DNA of 64,000 bases from an uncultured bacterium (lineage in GTDB: Bacteria > Chloroflexota > Dehalococcoidia > Lucifugimonadales > Lucifugimonadaceae): contig CAWVRY010000004.1 of the NCBI GenBank assembly GCA_963932695.1, positions 10,954-74,953 of the forward strand, written 5' to 3'. The translations under genes and the position numbers were made by a program. Under the pieces are notes generated by a model that had not been told where the DNA came from, searched no databases, and worked only from the letters and a program-made list of their open reading frames with translations. Positions 1-10,223 of the stretch are shown one piece after another (within the stretch, counting starts at the first letter, position 1; each line of letters begins with the position of its first letter).

Positions 1-124
1 CTCGATCTGAGATGAAGAATGAGGTGGCAATTCCTACTACAAAAAGTGGAACTACCAGATTGTTCGGCAGGTACGTGGTTTCAAAGTCGATAAATGCAAG
101 AGCTATGAGCACCGCGATCATCAC
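1..124 (-). CDS. Partial CDS (N-terminus only, runs off the window start): polytopic membrane protein, possibly an A24 prepilin-peptidase-like protein
   Basis: The minus-strand frame from GTG 122-124 / ATG 119-121 (in-frame TAG upstream at 131-133) reads (V)MIAVLIALAFIDFETTYLPNNLVVPLFVVGIATSFFISDR. It is hydrophobic, and the ID..T..LP stretch resembles the first catalytic-Asp region of A24 peptidases. Only about 40 codons are visible. Confidence 0.3.
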   Translation of the reverse strand, partial: MMIAVLIALAFIDFETTYLPNNLVVPLFVVGIATSFFISDR

Positions 125-230
125 AGCGAGCTAGCTAGGAACCATGAGGGGTGGCCAGGCGAGACCGAACAGTCCGGCAGCGACCAGTTCAACTATCGGA
201 TATCGAAGCCACTCATGACCCTGTCCCTAC

Positions 231-1307
231 TCAAGCACCAACCTTCGGTAGCACCTCTTGCTTGAGTAAGCCCATAGAGGTCTTCCAGAATCCCTCAGGT
301 TCCCACTCGTGTCCCATAGCCATCAGTGTTCCAAATCCACCAACTGATTCTTCGAGTGAAGACAGCTTCTCAGTCACCTCTTCGGGCGATCCCACTATGA
401 ATATGTTGTCCACTAAATATTCGACAGTAACGTCGGAATCAGGCATGTTTGGATCGATCTTGAGGAGGCCCATCATCTTAGATCGTGGAAGCAACTTGAG
501 GAAGTAGCCCTCCATATCTCTTGCCAACGTCCCTGTCAGAGCCTGCTTACGTGCTTCGGCACTCGAATCTGCAACCATCACCTCTCGGGCGATTCTCCAG
601 TTAGAACGATCCGCTGTTTTCCCGGCCTTAGCTGCTCCAGCTTCAACTGCAGTCCAGTGAGAACGTAGCATCTGCTCAGGAACGAAGTTGATACTCATTG
701 GAAGCCAACCGCGCTCCCCTGCCAGTGTCAGCGTCTCGGAGTTCGGAGATACACCAGCCACACCAATTGGAGGATGGGGGTCTTGATAGGGACGTAAATG
801 AACTCTGAGAGCGATATCTTCTTCTGGCTCAGGGATATTGAATTCCCACCATTTGCTCTTGTAGTTCCCCGGTTTTGGATCCTTCCATAACTGCAGAACC
901 AAATCGACCGCCAGTCGGGTCATCTCTCGATTATCACCAGAACGCGGATCGAAGCCGTTTACGTGCAGATCGCCAGGGAAGCCACCTGAGCCGACGCCCC
1001 AGTTCAAACGCCCTTTCGACATTTGGTCGAGTTGAGCGATTCGGTGAGCGATGTAGAACGGATTGTGATTAGGCATACACGTAACGCCAGTTCCAAGCCG
1101 AATCTGCGATGTGACACCGAGAGCCTGTGCGATCAGTAGATCAGGTGCTGGAATATTCTCCCACTCAGCTGTGTAGTGTTCTCCGATCCACGCTTCGGAG
1201 TACTCCAGCTGATCGAGATAGATAAGTTGCTTTAGATCGGCCTCGAGCGTGTCTGCAATATTCGCACCAGGCGGGTGCAGTGGCATCGTGAAGAAACCAA
1301 GTTCCAT
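231..1307 (-). CDS. LLM-class (luciferase-like) flavin-dependent oxidoreductase/monooxygenase
   Basis: 358-aa ORF. MELGFF..MP..., EAWIGEHY, RLGTGV and RLNWGVGSGG blocks are typical of bacterial luciferase-like monooxygenase family proteins. Confidence 0.85.
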   Translation of the reverse strand: MELGFFTMPLHPPGANIADTLEADLKQLIYLDQLEYSEAWIGEHYTAEWENIPAPDLLIAQALGVTSQIRLGTGVTCMPNHNPFYIAHRIAQLDQMSKGRLNWGVGSGGFPGDLHVNGFDPRSGDNREMTRLAVDLVLQLWKDPKPGNYKSKWWEFNIPEPEEDIALRVHLRPYQDPHPPIGVAGVSPNSETLTLAGERGWLPMSINFVPEQMLRSHWTAVEAGAAKAGKTADRSNWRIAREVMVADSSAEARKQALTGTLARDMEGYFLKLLPRSKMMGLLKIDPNMPDSDVTVEYLVDNIFIVGSPEEVTEKLSSLEESVGGFGTLMAMGHEWEPEGFWKTSMGLLKQEVLPKVGA

Positions 1308-1462
1308 TCCAGCCTCCGAGCTGAGTTGGCGTAGTGCCCAAAAATATTGGGACGCGTGCGTATTCGGGGCATCCTACAACGAAATCGCTGTTACCTGCGC
1401 TGCCATCTCGACCTAAGTCGAAGCCCTATGCGATAAAACGAGTGATAAATGATACGTGACTA

Positions 1463-4162
1463 CTATTCGTCTTCTCCTTTGATCTGCGCTTGAAGCCTGA
1501 ACAACGTATTGATCGCCTCGATTGGCGTCATATTGGCTACATCAAGCTCTTTCAGTTCATCGACAAGTTCACTACTCACCTGTTGATCCCCGAGTGGCAT
1601 CTGTAGCTGGAACCCTGCTGGTCTTTGGATAGCTTTGGCACCGTTTTCCAATTCGTCGAGAAGATCCCATGCACGACTGACTACTGCCCCCGGCATTCCG
1701 GCCAATCTCGCAACGTGGACTCCGTACGAACGGTCGGCTCCCCCCGGAACTATCTGGTGCAGGAATACAACTTCGCCCGCCTCTTCGGCGACTGCAACTC
1801 GTAAGTTGTGCGCTCGTGGCAGTTGATCGGCTAACTCCGTCATCTCGTGATAATGAGTAGCAAATAGGGTTTTACAGCCCAATTTAGGCGAATTGTGAAT
1901 ATGCTCGGCGACAGAGCGAGCTATTGCCAATCCGTCGTAGGTAGACGTTCCACGACCGATTTCGTCGAGTACAGCTAAAGAACGACTCGTAGCCTGATTC
2001 AATATCGAAGCAGTTTCGACCATCTCGACCATGAAAGTCGATTGACCACCGGAAATATCGTCGGAGAGGCCAGCACGAGTGAATATGCGGTCCACAACAC
2101 CGATTCTTGCCTTCGTGGCTGGTATGTAGCTTCCAACCTGTGCCATGAGCACCAGCACCGCGGCTTGTCGAATGTAAGTCGACTTACCCGACATGTTGGG
2201 CCCGGTAATGATCATCACTTGCCGTTCATTGTTCGAAAGATCGAGATCGTTCGACACAAACCGACCAGGACCTAGCGATGATTCAACAACTGGATGACGT
2301 CCGCCCTCGATTTCGAGAGCCGTATCATCGTCGACGAGTGGCCGAACCCAACCGTTCTCGGCGGCAGCCTGCGACATTGAGACCAACGCATCGAGAACGC
2401 CAAGCGAACTGGCGGTCTCCATGATTCTGCCGCCATGAGCTGCGACTTCTCCGCAAACGCGTCGGAATATTTCACGTTCTAACTCGCTGATCCGATCACG
2501 GGCGTTAAGAATCTTTGACTCAAGCTCTTTGAGCTGTGGAGTGATGAACCGTTCTCCGTTCACAAGGGTCTGACGCCGTTCGAACGATTCTGGAACCAGA
2601 TGAACATTGTTCTTTGTGACTTCGAGGTAGTAACCGAACACGCGGTTGTAGCCGATTTTCAGGCTTTTGATTCCGGTGGTTTCTCGATGATCGGCTTCGA
2701 GAGCGGCAATACTCGACCGGGCGTCGCCCGAAAGCGACCTGACCTCGTCTAGATCGGAATGAAATCCTTCACGGATTGCCGATCCTTCCCCAACCGTGAC
2801 CGAAGGATCGTCTGGGATCGCAGCATTGAGCAGCTCAACGGCTTCAGATGACGAGTGAAGCCGCCCTATTACCGATCCGCCAGGAACAACACCATCTGGC
2901 AATGATGCGATCAGTTGAGGAATCACAACTAGCCCTGCTCGTAGAGAAGCTAGATCACGAGGTGTGGCCGTGTTGGTTCTCACACGGTTTGTTAGACGTT
3001 CGAGATCAGACACCTGACCCAGTAGACCCTGAACTCGCGAACGGGCGCTCTGGTCGCCAACAAAAGCAGCAATAACTTCTTGCCGCCGCTGTACGTCATC
3101 AGGTTTGAGCAGCGGGCGAGTCAACCAAGCCCGCAGAGTTCGGGCTCCCATGGCTGTTTTCGAGAAATTTAATGTTCGGTAGAGAGTAGGCGCAGAGGTC
3201 TTGCCGATCGACGAGGTGAAGACTTCAAGGTCTCTCAGCGCCTTCTGGTCGAGCTTCATATACGAATTGGTCGACTCTGTGCGCAGAGAAGTCAGTTGCG
3301 GAATCGCCCCGAATTGCGTGTCAGCTACGAAATCGAGGACCGATGAGGCTGCGATAATCGCCAGGGGCATGTTCTCGCACCCGAACGCTTCCAACGTTTT
3401 TACTTTGAAATGTTCGAGCAAGCGAGCCGCAGATAGATCGGTATCGAGTAGCGTTTCATCTAGTGGACGAAACACCATGCTGGATTCTTGATCGGAATTT
3501 ATTAGTTCGAGCGATTGCGAATCAGCGATCAATTCCGCTGGTGAAAGGCGAAATAGTTCATCTTTAAGATCGGCAACGGGAAATTCCCCAGTGACAAATT
3601 CGCTTGTCGAGATATCGACGTACGCCAGTCCCGCTCGTTCGCCATCGGACACGGCAGCTGCAAGATAGTTATTCGTCGATTGATCTAAAAGTGCCGGTTC
3701 GATCACGGTTCCAGGAGTGACGACCCGTACTACGGCACGTTCGACTAATCCTTTTGATTTCGCGGGGTCGCTTGTCTGCTCGGCAATCGCGATCTTGAGA
3801 CCAGCGGCAACGAGTGTTCCAAGATGGTTATCGAGCGAGTGATGCGGAATTCCAGCGAGTGGAGCTTTGCCGCCAGCGCCAGATTCCCGTGCTGTGAGCG
3901 TGATGCCAAGGACTTTAGACAGCGTGCGGGCGTCTTCATCAAAGGCTTCGTAAAAATCGCCCATCCTAATCAGCAATAGTGAATCAGGATAAGCCGTTTT
4001 GAATTCAAGAAACTGGCGTCGCCCCGGCGACAGTTTCTTTCCAGCCGCTACCTTCTTTTTAGGCACCGTTACACGAGACCCGACTTCACTAGTGGGTTCT
4101 ACCGTAACTTCGGACGGGACTGTTTTTTCTTCTGAACTGGCAGTGTCGGAATATGCTGACAT
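1463..4162 (-). CDS. mutS: DNA mismatch repair protein MutS
   Basis: 899 aa. N-terminal mismatch-binding block (FYEAFDEDA), Walker A GPNMSGKST, STFMVEM, and DEIGRGTSTYDG(L)AIA. Confidence 0.95.
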   Translation of the reverse strand: MSAYSDTASSEEKTVPSEVTVEPTSEVGSRVTVPKKKVAAGKKLSPGRRQFLEFKTAYPDSLLLIRMGDFYEAFDEDARTLSKVLGITLTARESGAGGKAPLAGIPHHSLDNHLGTLVAAGLKIAIAEQTSDPAKSKGLVERAVVRVVTPGTVIEPALLDQSTNNYLAAAVSDGERAGLAYVDISTSEFVTGEFPVADLKDELFRLSPAELIADSQSLELINSDQESSMVFRPLDETLLDTDLSAARLLEHFKVKTLEAFGCENMPLAIIAASSVLDFVADTQFGAIPQLTSLRTESTNSYMKLDQKALRDLEVFTSSIGKTSAPTLYRTLNFSKTAMGARTLRAWLTRPLLKPDDVQRRQEVIAAFVGDQSARSRVQGLLGQVSDLERLTNRVRTNTATPRDLASLRAGLVVIPQLIASLPDGVVPGGSVIGRLHSSSEAVELLNAAIPDDPSVTVGEGSAIREGFHSDLDEVRSLSGDARSSIAALEADHRETTGIKSLKIGYNRVFGYYLEVTKNNVHLVPESFERRQTLVNGERFITPQLKELESKILNARDRISELEREIFRRVCGEVAAHGGRIMETASSLGVLDALVSMSQAAAENGWVRPLVDDDTALEIEGGRHPVVESSLGPGRFVSNDLDLSNNERQVMIITGPNMSGKSTYIRQAAVLVLMAQVGSYIPATKARIGVVDRIFTRAGLSDDISGGQSTFMVEMVETASILNQATSRSLAVLDEIGRGTSTYDGLAIARSVAEHIHNSPKLGCKTLFATHYHEMTELADQLPRAHNLRVAVAEEAGEVVFLHQIVPGGADRSYGVHVARLAGMPGAVVSRAWDLLDELENGAKAIQRPAGFQLQMPLGDQQVSSELVDELKELDVANMTPIEAINTLFRLQAQIKGEDE

Positions 4163-4213
4163 CGTGTAGCGATTCTAGCGTGAATTCGAGACAGGTTTTC
4201 GACTGTACCGAGC

Positions 4214-5164
4214 TTACTGGTACCGAATAGTTACAGAATCGGACGCAGCCCATCGAAATTCTGAGAACGAGCTACCTCTTGGCATATCGAAAACCATCAT
4301 TCCGGTAACTTGCTCGCCAGAGTTCAGTTTCACTGTGCCCCAGATGGGAACAAACCCCGGCACTGCGTATCTAGGAGCTGGCTCTGATGTGTAAGCACGG
4401 CTGATCGTATCGACCGGGTCGTACGTTATCCGATTGCCGTCCATCAACGTAGATGAGGTTTCGTCCACAATTAGATTGACCGTTCCGGAAGTCTCGTTGT
4501 TCAGAGTTACTTTCACGTAAACGAGTTCGTTATTCGCCTCGTCTTTAGGCTTCATTGCCCAGTTGTAAACAGTCCCCATGGTATCGACACCCTGGTAACT
4601 GATGAATTGCTGTTGCTTCGGCTCTTCTGCTCGAATATAAAGCGTTCGACCGGCAACGTAGAGCGGATCTCCGACTTCGCTCTTGACCACCGTCATCAAG
4701 CTGATGACGACTACTGCCAAAATGACAGAGAACGCCGTGATGCCCATGAGCACGAACGGTTTGTTCTCTTTTGGAATACTGAGTTGTCGTCGGGCCAGAA
4801 CTGCTCCACCCGCGTCGATATCCATGTATTCCGACCCAGGATCGCCCCGGAAACCGGAAATTTGCATGAATTCGAGTCGGACTCTAACGATATCGCCGGC
4901 CATTCGTTCCGCCGAAACAACGTTCCAAGTCAGATCTGCGTTTCTTAGACGAGGACCGTACTCGTACTTGTTAGCTCGAGCGTACTCGAGGGCAGCAGAA
5001 ACCTGGCTTGGAAAGCTCTTTGTTGCTGCTTCGCCAAACTCAAAACTAGCCGATTCAGCGGCCGGCTCTGCGGTCGCTGATACGGATGCGTCTTCACTAG
5101 TTGCCTGAGGTTCTTCAGCCACGTTCTGTTCTGTTCGATTCTCTTCAGTCATCCATTGCTCCAC
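4214..5164 (-). CDS. Hypothetical single-pass membrane protein with a beta-rich C-terminal domain (DUF4352-like)
   Basis: 316-aa ORF. Acidic N-terminus, one clear TM helix (FVLMGITAFSVILAVVVISLMTVV), and a C-terminal pattern (VKVTLNNETSGTVNL...GEQVTGMMVFDMP) like Ig-fold DUF4352 domains. No catalytic motifs seen. Confidence 0.6.
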   Translation of the reverse strand: MEQWMTEENRTEQNVAEEPQATSEDASVSATAEPAAESASFEFGEAATKSFPSQVSAALEYARANKYEYGPRLRNADLTWNVVSAERMAGDIVRVRLEFMQISGFRGDPGSEYMDIDAGGAVLARRQLSIPKENKPFVLMGITAFSVILAVVVISLMTVVKSEVGDPLYVAGRTLYIRAEEPKQQQFISYQGVDTMGTVYNWAMKPKDEANNELVYVKVTLNNETSGTVNLIVDETSSTLMDGNRITYDPVDTISRAYTSEPAPRYAVPGFVPIWGTVKLNSGEQVTGMMVFDMPRGSSFSEFRWAASDSVTIRYQ

Positions 5165-5309
5165 TGTCCGGGACTACGCCGAACCGACAAGCGAGAGTAC
5201 ACGATCTACGGACGGTACCGCACAGTATTTTCACATTAGAGTAACTAATTATTGCCAAGACTAGGCGAATGAGCGAATTCTAGACCGATATTCGTCAAAT
5301 ATTGGATGC

Positions 5310-6500
5310 CTAGCTTCGCGCCGACGGAAACGTCGCCAGTTGGTCTAAAACGTCTTTCAATGCTTGAAGTACCTCATCTACATCGGTTTCGGTTGTGTCT
5401 CGACCAAAAGAGATTCGGACGCTGCCGACTGCCAGATCAGGTTCAACTTCCATAGCGATAAGCACGTGAGACGGTTCAAGCGATGCACTGCTGCAGGCAC
5501 TACCGCTCGAAGCTGCAATTCCTTTGAAATCCAACCCCAGAAGTACTGGTTCCCCTTCAACTCCGGGGAAAGAAAAATTCAATATTTCTGGAACTCGATC
5601 CGTCTTGCTGCCGTTGAACGATGATCCCGGAATTCGCTCGGCGACACCCTCGATTAGCTTGTTCGCAAGTCGCGTCATTCGCACTTGAGATTCGATTCGC
5701 TCAGACTCAGCCAGCGTTATCGCCTCTCCGAACCCGACGATATTGGCGACGTTCTCAGTTCCAGACCGACGCTGACGTTCTTGACCGCCGCCAGCAACAA
5801 GCGGTTCTAGTTCCACTCCTCGCTTCACGTATAGAGCGCCTACGCCCTTGGGTCCGTAAATCTTGTGCGCCGACAGGCTTAGCAGGTCGACTCCAAGATC
5901 TTTCACATTTAACGAAAGTTTCCCTGCACCTTGCACCGCATCGGTGTGAATAAGCACATCCCCGCCTAGCAACTCTGATGCCTCTCGGGTTTTCTCTGCA
6001 ATCGTTGCTACATCTTGAATCGTGCCGACTTCATTATTCACCATGATCACGCTCGCAAGGAACGTGTCAGATCTGATCGCGGCTGCAAATTCATCCGGGT
6101 CGACCTTGCCTGTCCTGTCGACACCTACATAGGTAACCTCATATCCCAGTTTTTCGAGTTGTTCAACGGGGTGAATGATGGCGTGATGCTCGATAGCCGT
6201 GGTGACGATGTGGCCCCCGCCTGGCGAGCGCATCGCTGCAGTCCCCTTGATAGCGAGGTTGTTCGATTCAGATCCGCCACCTGTGAAGACTATTTCCCCG
6301 GAACGGCATCCCAAGACTAAAGCTACTTGCTCCCGCGCTTCATCCAGTCCATATCGTGCTTCGCCTGCCAACGAGTACAGACTCGAAGGGTTACCGAACT
6401 TCTCTGTGAAGTATGGAAGCATTTTTTCGAGCACCTCAGGACGAACCGGAGTGGTCGCCGCGTGATCGAGGTAATTTATTCGTTCGTCACTAGATGTCAT
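5310..6500 (-). CDS. Cysteine desulfurase (NifS/IscS-type class V aminotransferase)
   Basis: 396 aa. YLDHAATTP start block, PLP-lysine motif SAHKIYGPKG, and catalytic Cys loop SSGSACSS. Confidence 0.9.
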   Translation of the reverse strand: MTSSDERINYLDHAATTPVRPEVLEKMLPYFTEKFGNPSSLYSLAGEARYGLDEAREQVALVLGCRSGEIVFTGGGSESNNLAIKGTAAMRSPGGGHIVTTAIEHHAIIHPVEQLEKLGYEVTYVGVDRTGKVDPDEFAAAIRSDTFLASVIMVNNEVGTIQDVATIAEKTREASELLGGDVLIHTDAVQGAGKLSLNVKDLGVDLLSLSAHKIYGPKGVGALYVKRGVELEPLVAGGGQERQRRSGTENVANIVGFGEAITLAESERIESQVRMTRLANKLIEGVAERIPGSSFNGSKTDRVPEILNFSFPGVEGEPVLLGLDFKGIAASSGSACSSASLEPSHVLIAMEVEPDLAVGSVRISFGRDTTETDVDEVLQALKDVLDQLATFPSARS

Positions 6501-6709
6501 CGTTCAAGTATTTGCTAATGAGTCGTTTGAAGCAACGAAACCGTGTAGCCGCCGCTATTTTGCTTGGATAAGCTTAGCCCGGTTTGAAATATGCGGGATA
6601 ATATGTGCCGTATCTATTTGCCGTAAGCCCCACGGCGCATTTAATTTTGGCAGAATAGTCACGTTGTGGCGCGAACAGTCGTAATTCAACCGAAAATCGG
6701 AGTGAGTAG

Positions 6710-7681
6710 TTGATCAAAATTGAGCACATGTCGAAAAGTTACGGACCCTACCCGGCCGTTATCGACATTTCGTTCGAAGTGCTCAAGGGCGAGATCGTCG
6801 GATTCCTAGGCCCGAACGGCGCAGGTAAGACGACAACCATGCGTGTTGTCACCGGCTTCACGCCTCCAACCGAGGGCGATGTAACCGTTGGCGGTTATGA
6901 CGTCGTATCCCACTCGCTAGACGTTCGCCGACACATCGGATACCTCCCGGAGACTGTTCCGCTCTACTTAGATATGACTGTTACGGACTACCTCACCTAC
7001 ATGGGTGAAATCCGTGGCATGAACAAATCCTGGGTGAAAGAACGTTTGCCTAAGGTCATCGACATGGTGAAACTTGGTGAATATAGGAACACGCTAGTAG
7101 GCAGGCTCTCTAAGGGCTACCGACAGCGTGTAGGTATCTCACAAGCGATATTGCACGAGCCTGATGTGCTTGTCATGGACGAACCAACTATTGGTATCGA
7201 CCCAATTCAGGTAGTCGAAACTCGAGAACTAATCAGTAATTTGGGTGAAGAACACACCATGCTTCTCAGTTCTCACATACTTCCTGAAGTAAGCGCCATA
7301 TGTAAACGAGTGCTTGTGATCAACGACGGTCGTATCGTTGCTGACGACAAGCCAGACGATCTTTCTGAGAAGCTCCAGCACGCTGAACGAATTGAAATCA
7401 GCGTGAGGGGAGCAGAAGTACCAGCATTCATCAATGCTATGCGAGACATCTCCGATGTAATCGATGCCCGCTCTGACAAGCGAGTGTCGATCGTACAACG
7501 TGCTGAACGAGAAGACTTTCTTCCGTTCATCGTGGATGCCCGACCTAACGCTCAGGCAACTGAAACTATTGCGAAGACCATCATCAACAACGGCTGGGGA
7601 CTGACTAATTTGACTCCTCTGCCGATGACCCTTGAAGAGATCTTCCTCGAATTGACAACCGAAGAGAATTTAGGCGAGTAG
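6710..7681 (+). CDS. ABC transporter ATP-binding protein (ABC-2 / GldA-like)
   Basis: TTG start. Walker A GPNGAGKTT, signature LSKGYRQR, Walker B VLVMDEPT, and an extra C-terminal domain. Confidence 0.88.
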   Translation: MIKIEHMSKSYGPYPAVIDISFEVLKGEIVGFLGPNGAGKTTTMRVVTGFTPPTEGDVTVGGYDVVSHSLDVRRHIGYLPETVPLYLDMTVTDYLTYMGEIRGMNKSWVKERLPKVIDMVKLGEYRNTLVGRLSKGYRQRVGISQAILHEPDVLVMDEPTIGIDPIQVVETRELISNLGEEHTMLLSSHILPEVSAICKRVLVINDGRIVADDKPDDLSEKLQHAERIEISVRGAEVPAFINAMRDISDVIDARSDKRVSIVQRAEREDFLPFIVDARPNAQATETIAKTIINNGWGLTNLTPLPMTLEEIFLELTTEENLGE

Positions 7682-7684
7682 GAA

Positions 7685-8446
7685 TTGCGTTTCATATCCG
7701 TCATAGCGATCAAAGAGATTCGCACATACTTCGCCTCGCCGATGGCCTACGTGGTCTCGGCGGCGTTCCTTGCCATCACAGGCTTCTTCTTCGTCGCATC
7801 GGTTTCCGATGCGTTCGCTGAAGCGAGTATCCGTGGTTACTTGGCCGGTGCAATCTTCTTCCTGATTTTCATGTCACCAGCCCTCACGATGCGTCTACTT
7901 GCTGAAGAGCAAAAACTGGGAACGCTCGAATTGTTGTTGACCTCACCCCTGCGTGAATTCGAGATTGTTTTCGGAAAATTCATCGCAGCCTTAGTTACTA
8001 CAATGGTGATGGTCGGGCTTTCGCTCTACTTCGTGGTTGTGCTGTTCGTCTATGGCGATCCAGACATCGGCCCGATGCTCAGCGGATTACTCGGACTTAC
8101 CTTGTACGCATCGGCAACTCTTGCGGTTGGACTGTTCGCCTCGGCATTGAGCAGTAACCAAATCGTGGGTCTCGTCGTTGGATCTGGAATTCTCACGGCT
8201 CTCACGATTATCGATTTTGTGAGCGCAAGACTTTCAGGAACGGCAGCTCAAGTTCTGGATGCATTCCAGCTTGGTGCTTCGTTCTCAGTGTTCGACCTTG
8301 ATAGCTTCGGAGTTGCCGAAGGCGGCCACTTCGCAGATTTCGCACGAGGCATTATCTCGCTAACGGATATTGCCTACTACTCATCAATAACAGCAGTGTT
8401 CTTGCTCCTCACAGTTCTTGTGTTGGAAGCAAGGCGATGGCGCTAG
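7685..8446 (+). CDS. ABC-2 type transporter permease (GldF-like)
   Basis: 253 aa with about 6 TM segments. Begins 4 nt after the ATPase gene. KEIRTYFASPMAYV and EEQKLGTLELLLTSP blocks are typical of ABC-2 / GldF-type permeases. Confidence 0.78.
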   Translation: MRFISVIAIKEIRTYFASPMAYVVSAAFLAITGFFFVASVSDAFAEASIRGYLAGAIFFLIFMSPALTMRLLAEEQKLGTLELLLTSPLREFEIVFGKFIAALVTTMVMVGLSLYFVVVLFVYGDPDIGPMLSGLLGLTLYASATLAVGLFASALSSNQIVGLVVGSGILTALTIIDFVSARLSGTAAQVLDAFQLGASFSVFDLDSFGVAEGGHFADFARGIISLTDIAYYSSITAVFLLLTVLVLEARRWR

Positions 8447-8461
8447 GCCAGTATTCCTTAG

Positions 8462-10219
8462 ATGTCTACAGATCAGCAGAACAATCCCGAAAGTCGGCCC
8501 ACCGCCGATTCCCTTCGTGAAAAGACTTCGATTTTCCAGAGTCTCAAAAACAACACGAAATCGATCAGGCAGGCGCTCGCGCTAGTCGGTGTCGGTGCCG
8601 TCGTTTTCGGAGTACTCATTTGGATATTCCTGCGCGGTCTTGAAGGTCCAGCCTTCATCGTCGCTGGGGTAGGTTTTATCCTTCTCCTAATCGATGCGAT
8701 TATTTCGCTAGCGACGGTTCGTCAGACGGTATTCGGTCGACGTGGCCGATACGGTCTCAACACCGCAATCGTGTTCATCGTCTTTGTGGCAATCGCCGTG
8801 GTGGTCAACTTCACTCTTCTCTGGGCAACTGACCGACCGAACCCCGAAGGTTGGCTACGTGTCGACACTACAGCTACCAAGCAGTTCTTACTTGAAGAAC
8901 AGGTAATAAACACTCTAGAAAATCTGAAAGAGCCAGTAAAGATCACAGCGTTCTTTACAACCGACACTGCGGCTGAAGCGGCTGCATGGCGGGACACCGA
9001 CGACATGCTCAGCGAGTTCCGTCGTCGATCTGGTGACTTCGACCTGACGTATGAGCGAGTCGACCCTGAATTGAACCCGAACGTTGCGACTGCTCTAGGC
9101 GTGAGCCAGTTCCCGGCTCTTGCCATCGAAGGTGTTGAGAGTCGTCGAACCGAAATTATCGTAGGTACCAATCCAACGGATGGCCCTAACGTATTTACTG
9201 AGCAACAGGTCGTGACCGGACTACTGGTAATCAACCAGATAGCCCAAAAGAAGGTTGTCTTCATCACAGGGCACTCCGAGCGTGATCTAACCGACGTATC
9301 GACCACGACAGCCATCGGGCTCGCAGGTCGTGCGTTGAACCGTGAGAACTACGTCATCCTGAACGAAACTCTTCAGGAACTTGGTACACGGATGTCATCA
9401 AGCGACCCGCAGGAAATTCCTGCTGCCATCGTGTTCGCAAACCCAACACAAGACTTACTTGCGATAGACCAGCAGGCTCTATTGAACTATGCGCGGTACG
9501 GCGGAAGCATCCTGTTCTTGTTTGAGCCTAACTCAACTCCAGAAACCTTCAAACAGTTCCTCTCTCGCTACGCAGTGGCAGTTGGCGATGGTGAAGCTGC
9601 AGATACCGCAAGCTTCGTCGCTCCAAGCCCTACGTTCATTCAGGTGAAGAAGAGCAACGGCCAGATTCCAGCGCACCCAGTAACTATTGGATTTGAAGTT
9701 CTTTACATGCCTGGAACAACCCACTTCGGCTGGGCGATTGACCCAGCTTCGATTCCTCTAGTCGACGAAAACACCCCACTTGTGAAGCAGGGAATTCTGG
9801 CTTCCACTACTCTCAGCAGTTGGTCGGAAACGGATCCAGACACACTCGCATACGATATTGGCACTGAAATTGCCGGACCACTGCCATTGGCGGTAGTCAT
9901 CGAGGCAGTTGGTGAAGTTTCTGGTGGTGTTTATTCAGATGGAGAACAGCTAGTTACGATGAACATGATCGTAATTGGTGACACCGATTTCGCTACCAAC
10001 AACTACTTTGGTTCAGCGAACAACTCCGATCTATTTGTAAATGCAGTCAACTATCTTGCGAAGGACTACGAGCTAATTTCGATTAGGGCGAAGACTGACG
10101 CGAACCGACAGCTGTTCTTAACCAAGAATGAACGTGACTTCGTTCGATGGTCTGGGTGGCTTCTCATGCCATCCTTGATCAGTTTGTTTGGGTTCTGGAC
10201 ATGGTGGAGAAGGCGCTAA
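8462..10219 (+). CDS. GldG-like ABC-transporter-associated protein
   Basis: 585 aa. N-terminal TM helices, a large extracytoplasmic domain, and a C-terminal TM anchor (WLLMPSLISLFGFWTWW). This architecture and the position after the A/F-like genes match GldG-family proteins. Confidence 0.7.
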   Translation: MSTDQQNNPESRPTADSLREKTSIFQSLKNNTKSIRQALALVGVGAVVFGVLIWIFLRGLEGPAFIVAGVGFILLLIDAIISLATVRQTVFGRRGRYGLNTAIVFIVFVAIAVVVNFTLLWATDRPNPEGWLRVDTTATKQFLLEEQVINTLENLKEPVKITAFFTTDTAAEAAAWRDTDDMLSEFRRRSGDFDLTYERVDPELNPNVATALGVSQFPALAIEGVESRRTEIIVGTNPTDGPNVFTEQQVVTGLLVINQIAQKKVVFITGHSERDLTDVSTTTAIGLAGRALNRENYVILNETLQELGTRMSSSDPQEIPAAIVFANPTQDLLAIDQQALLNYARYGGSILFLFEPNSTPETFKQFLSRYAVAVGDGEAADTASFVAPSPTFIQVKKSNGQIPAHPVTIGFEVLYMPGTTHFGWAIDPASIPLVDENTPLVKQGILASTTLSSWSETDPDTLAYDIGTEIAGPLPLAVVIEAVGEVSGGVYSDGEQLVTMNMIVIGDTDFATNNYFGSANNSDLFVNAVNYLAKDYELISIRAKTDANRQLFLTKNERDFVRWSGWLLMPSLISLFGFWTWWRRR

Positions 10220-10223
10220 AAAT

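Noticed and set aside
8722-9315. Long antisense or alternate-frame ORFs inside well-supported genes. These are 8722..9315, 24343..24885, 44199..44702, 11544..12155, 35360..35878 and 54758..55207.
   Set aside because: Each is fully contained in a gene with strong family motifs. Each has a biased Arg/Ser/Pro-rich or otherwise atypical composition and no motif of its own. I treat them as typical shadow ORFs.
10188-10223. The track start of the DUF4340-like gene at 10188 (MGSGHGGEGAKN...).
   Set aside because: It would overlap the 3' end of the GldG-like gene by 32 nt and add a non-hydrophobic leader. ATG 10224 gives a normal signal-anchor N-terminus.
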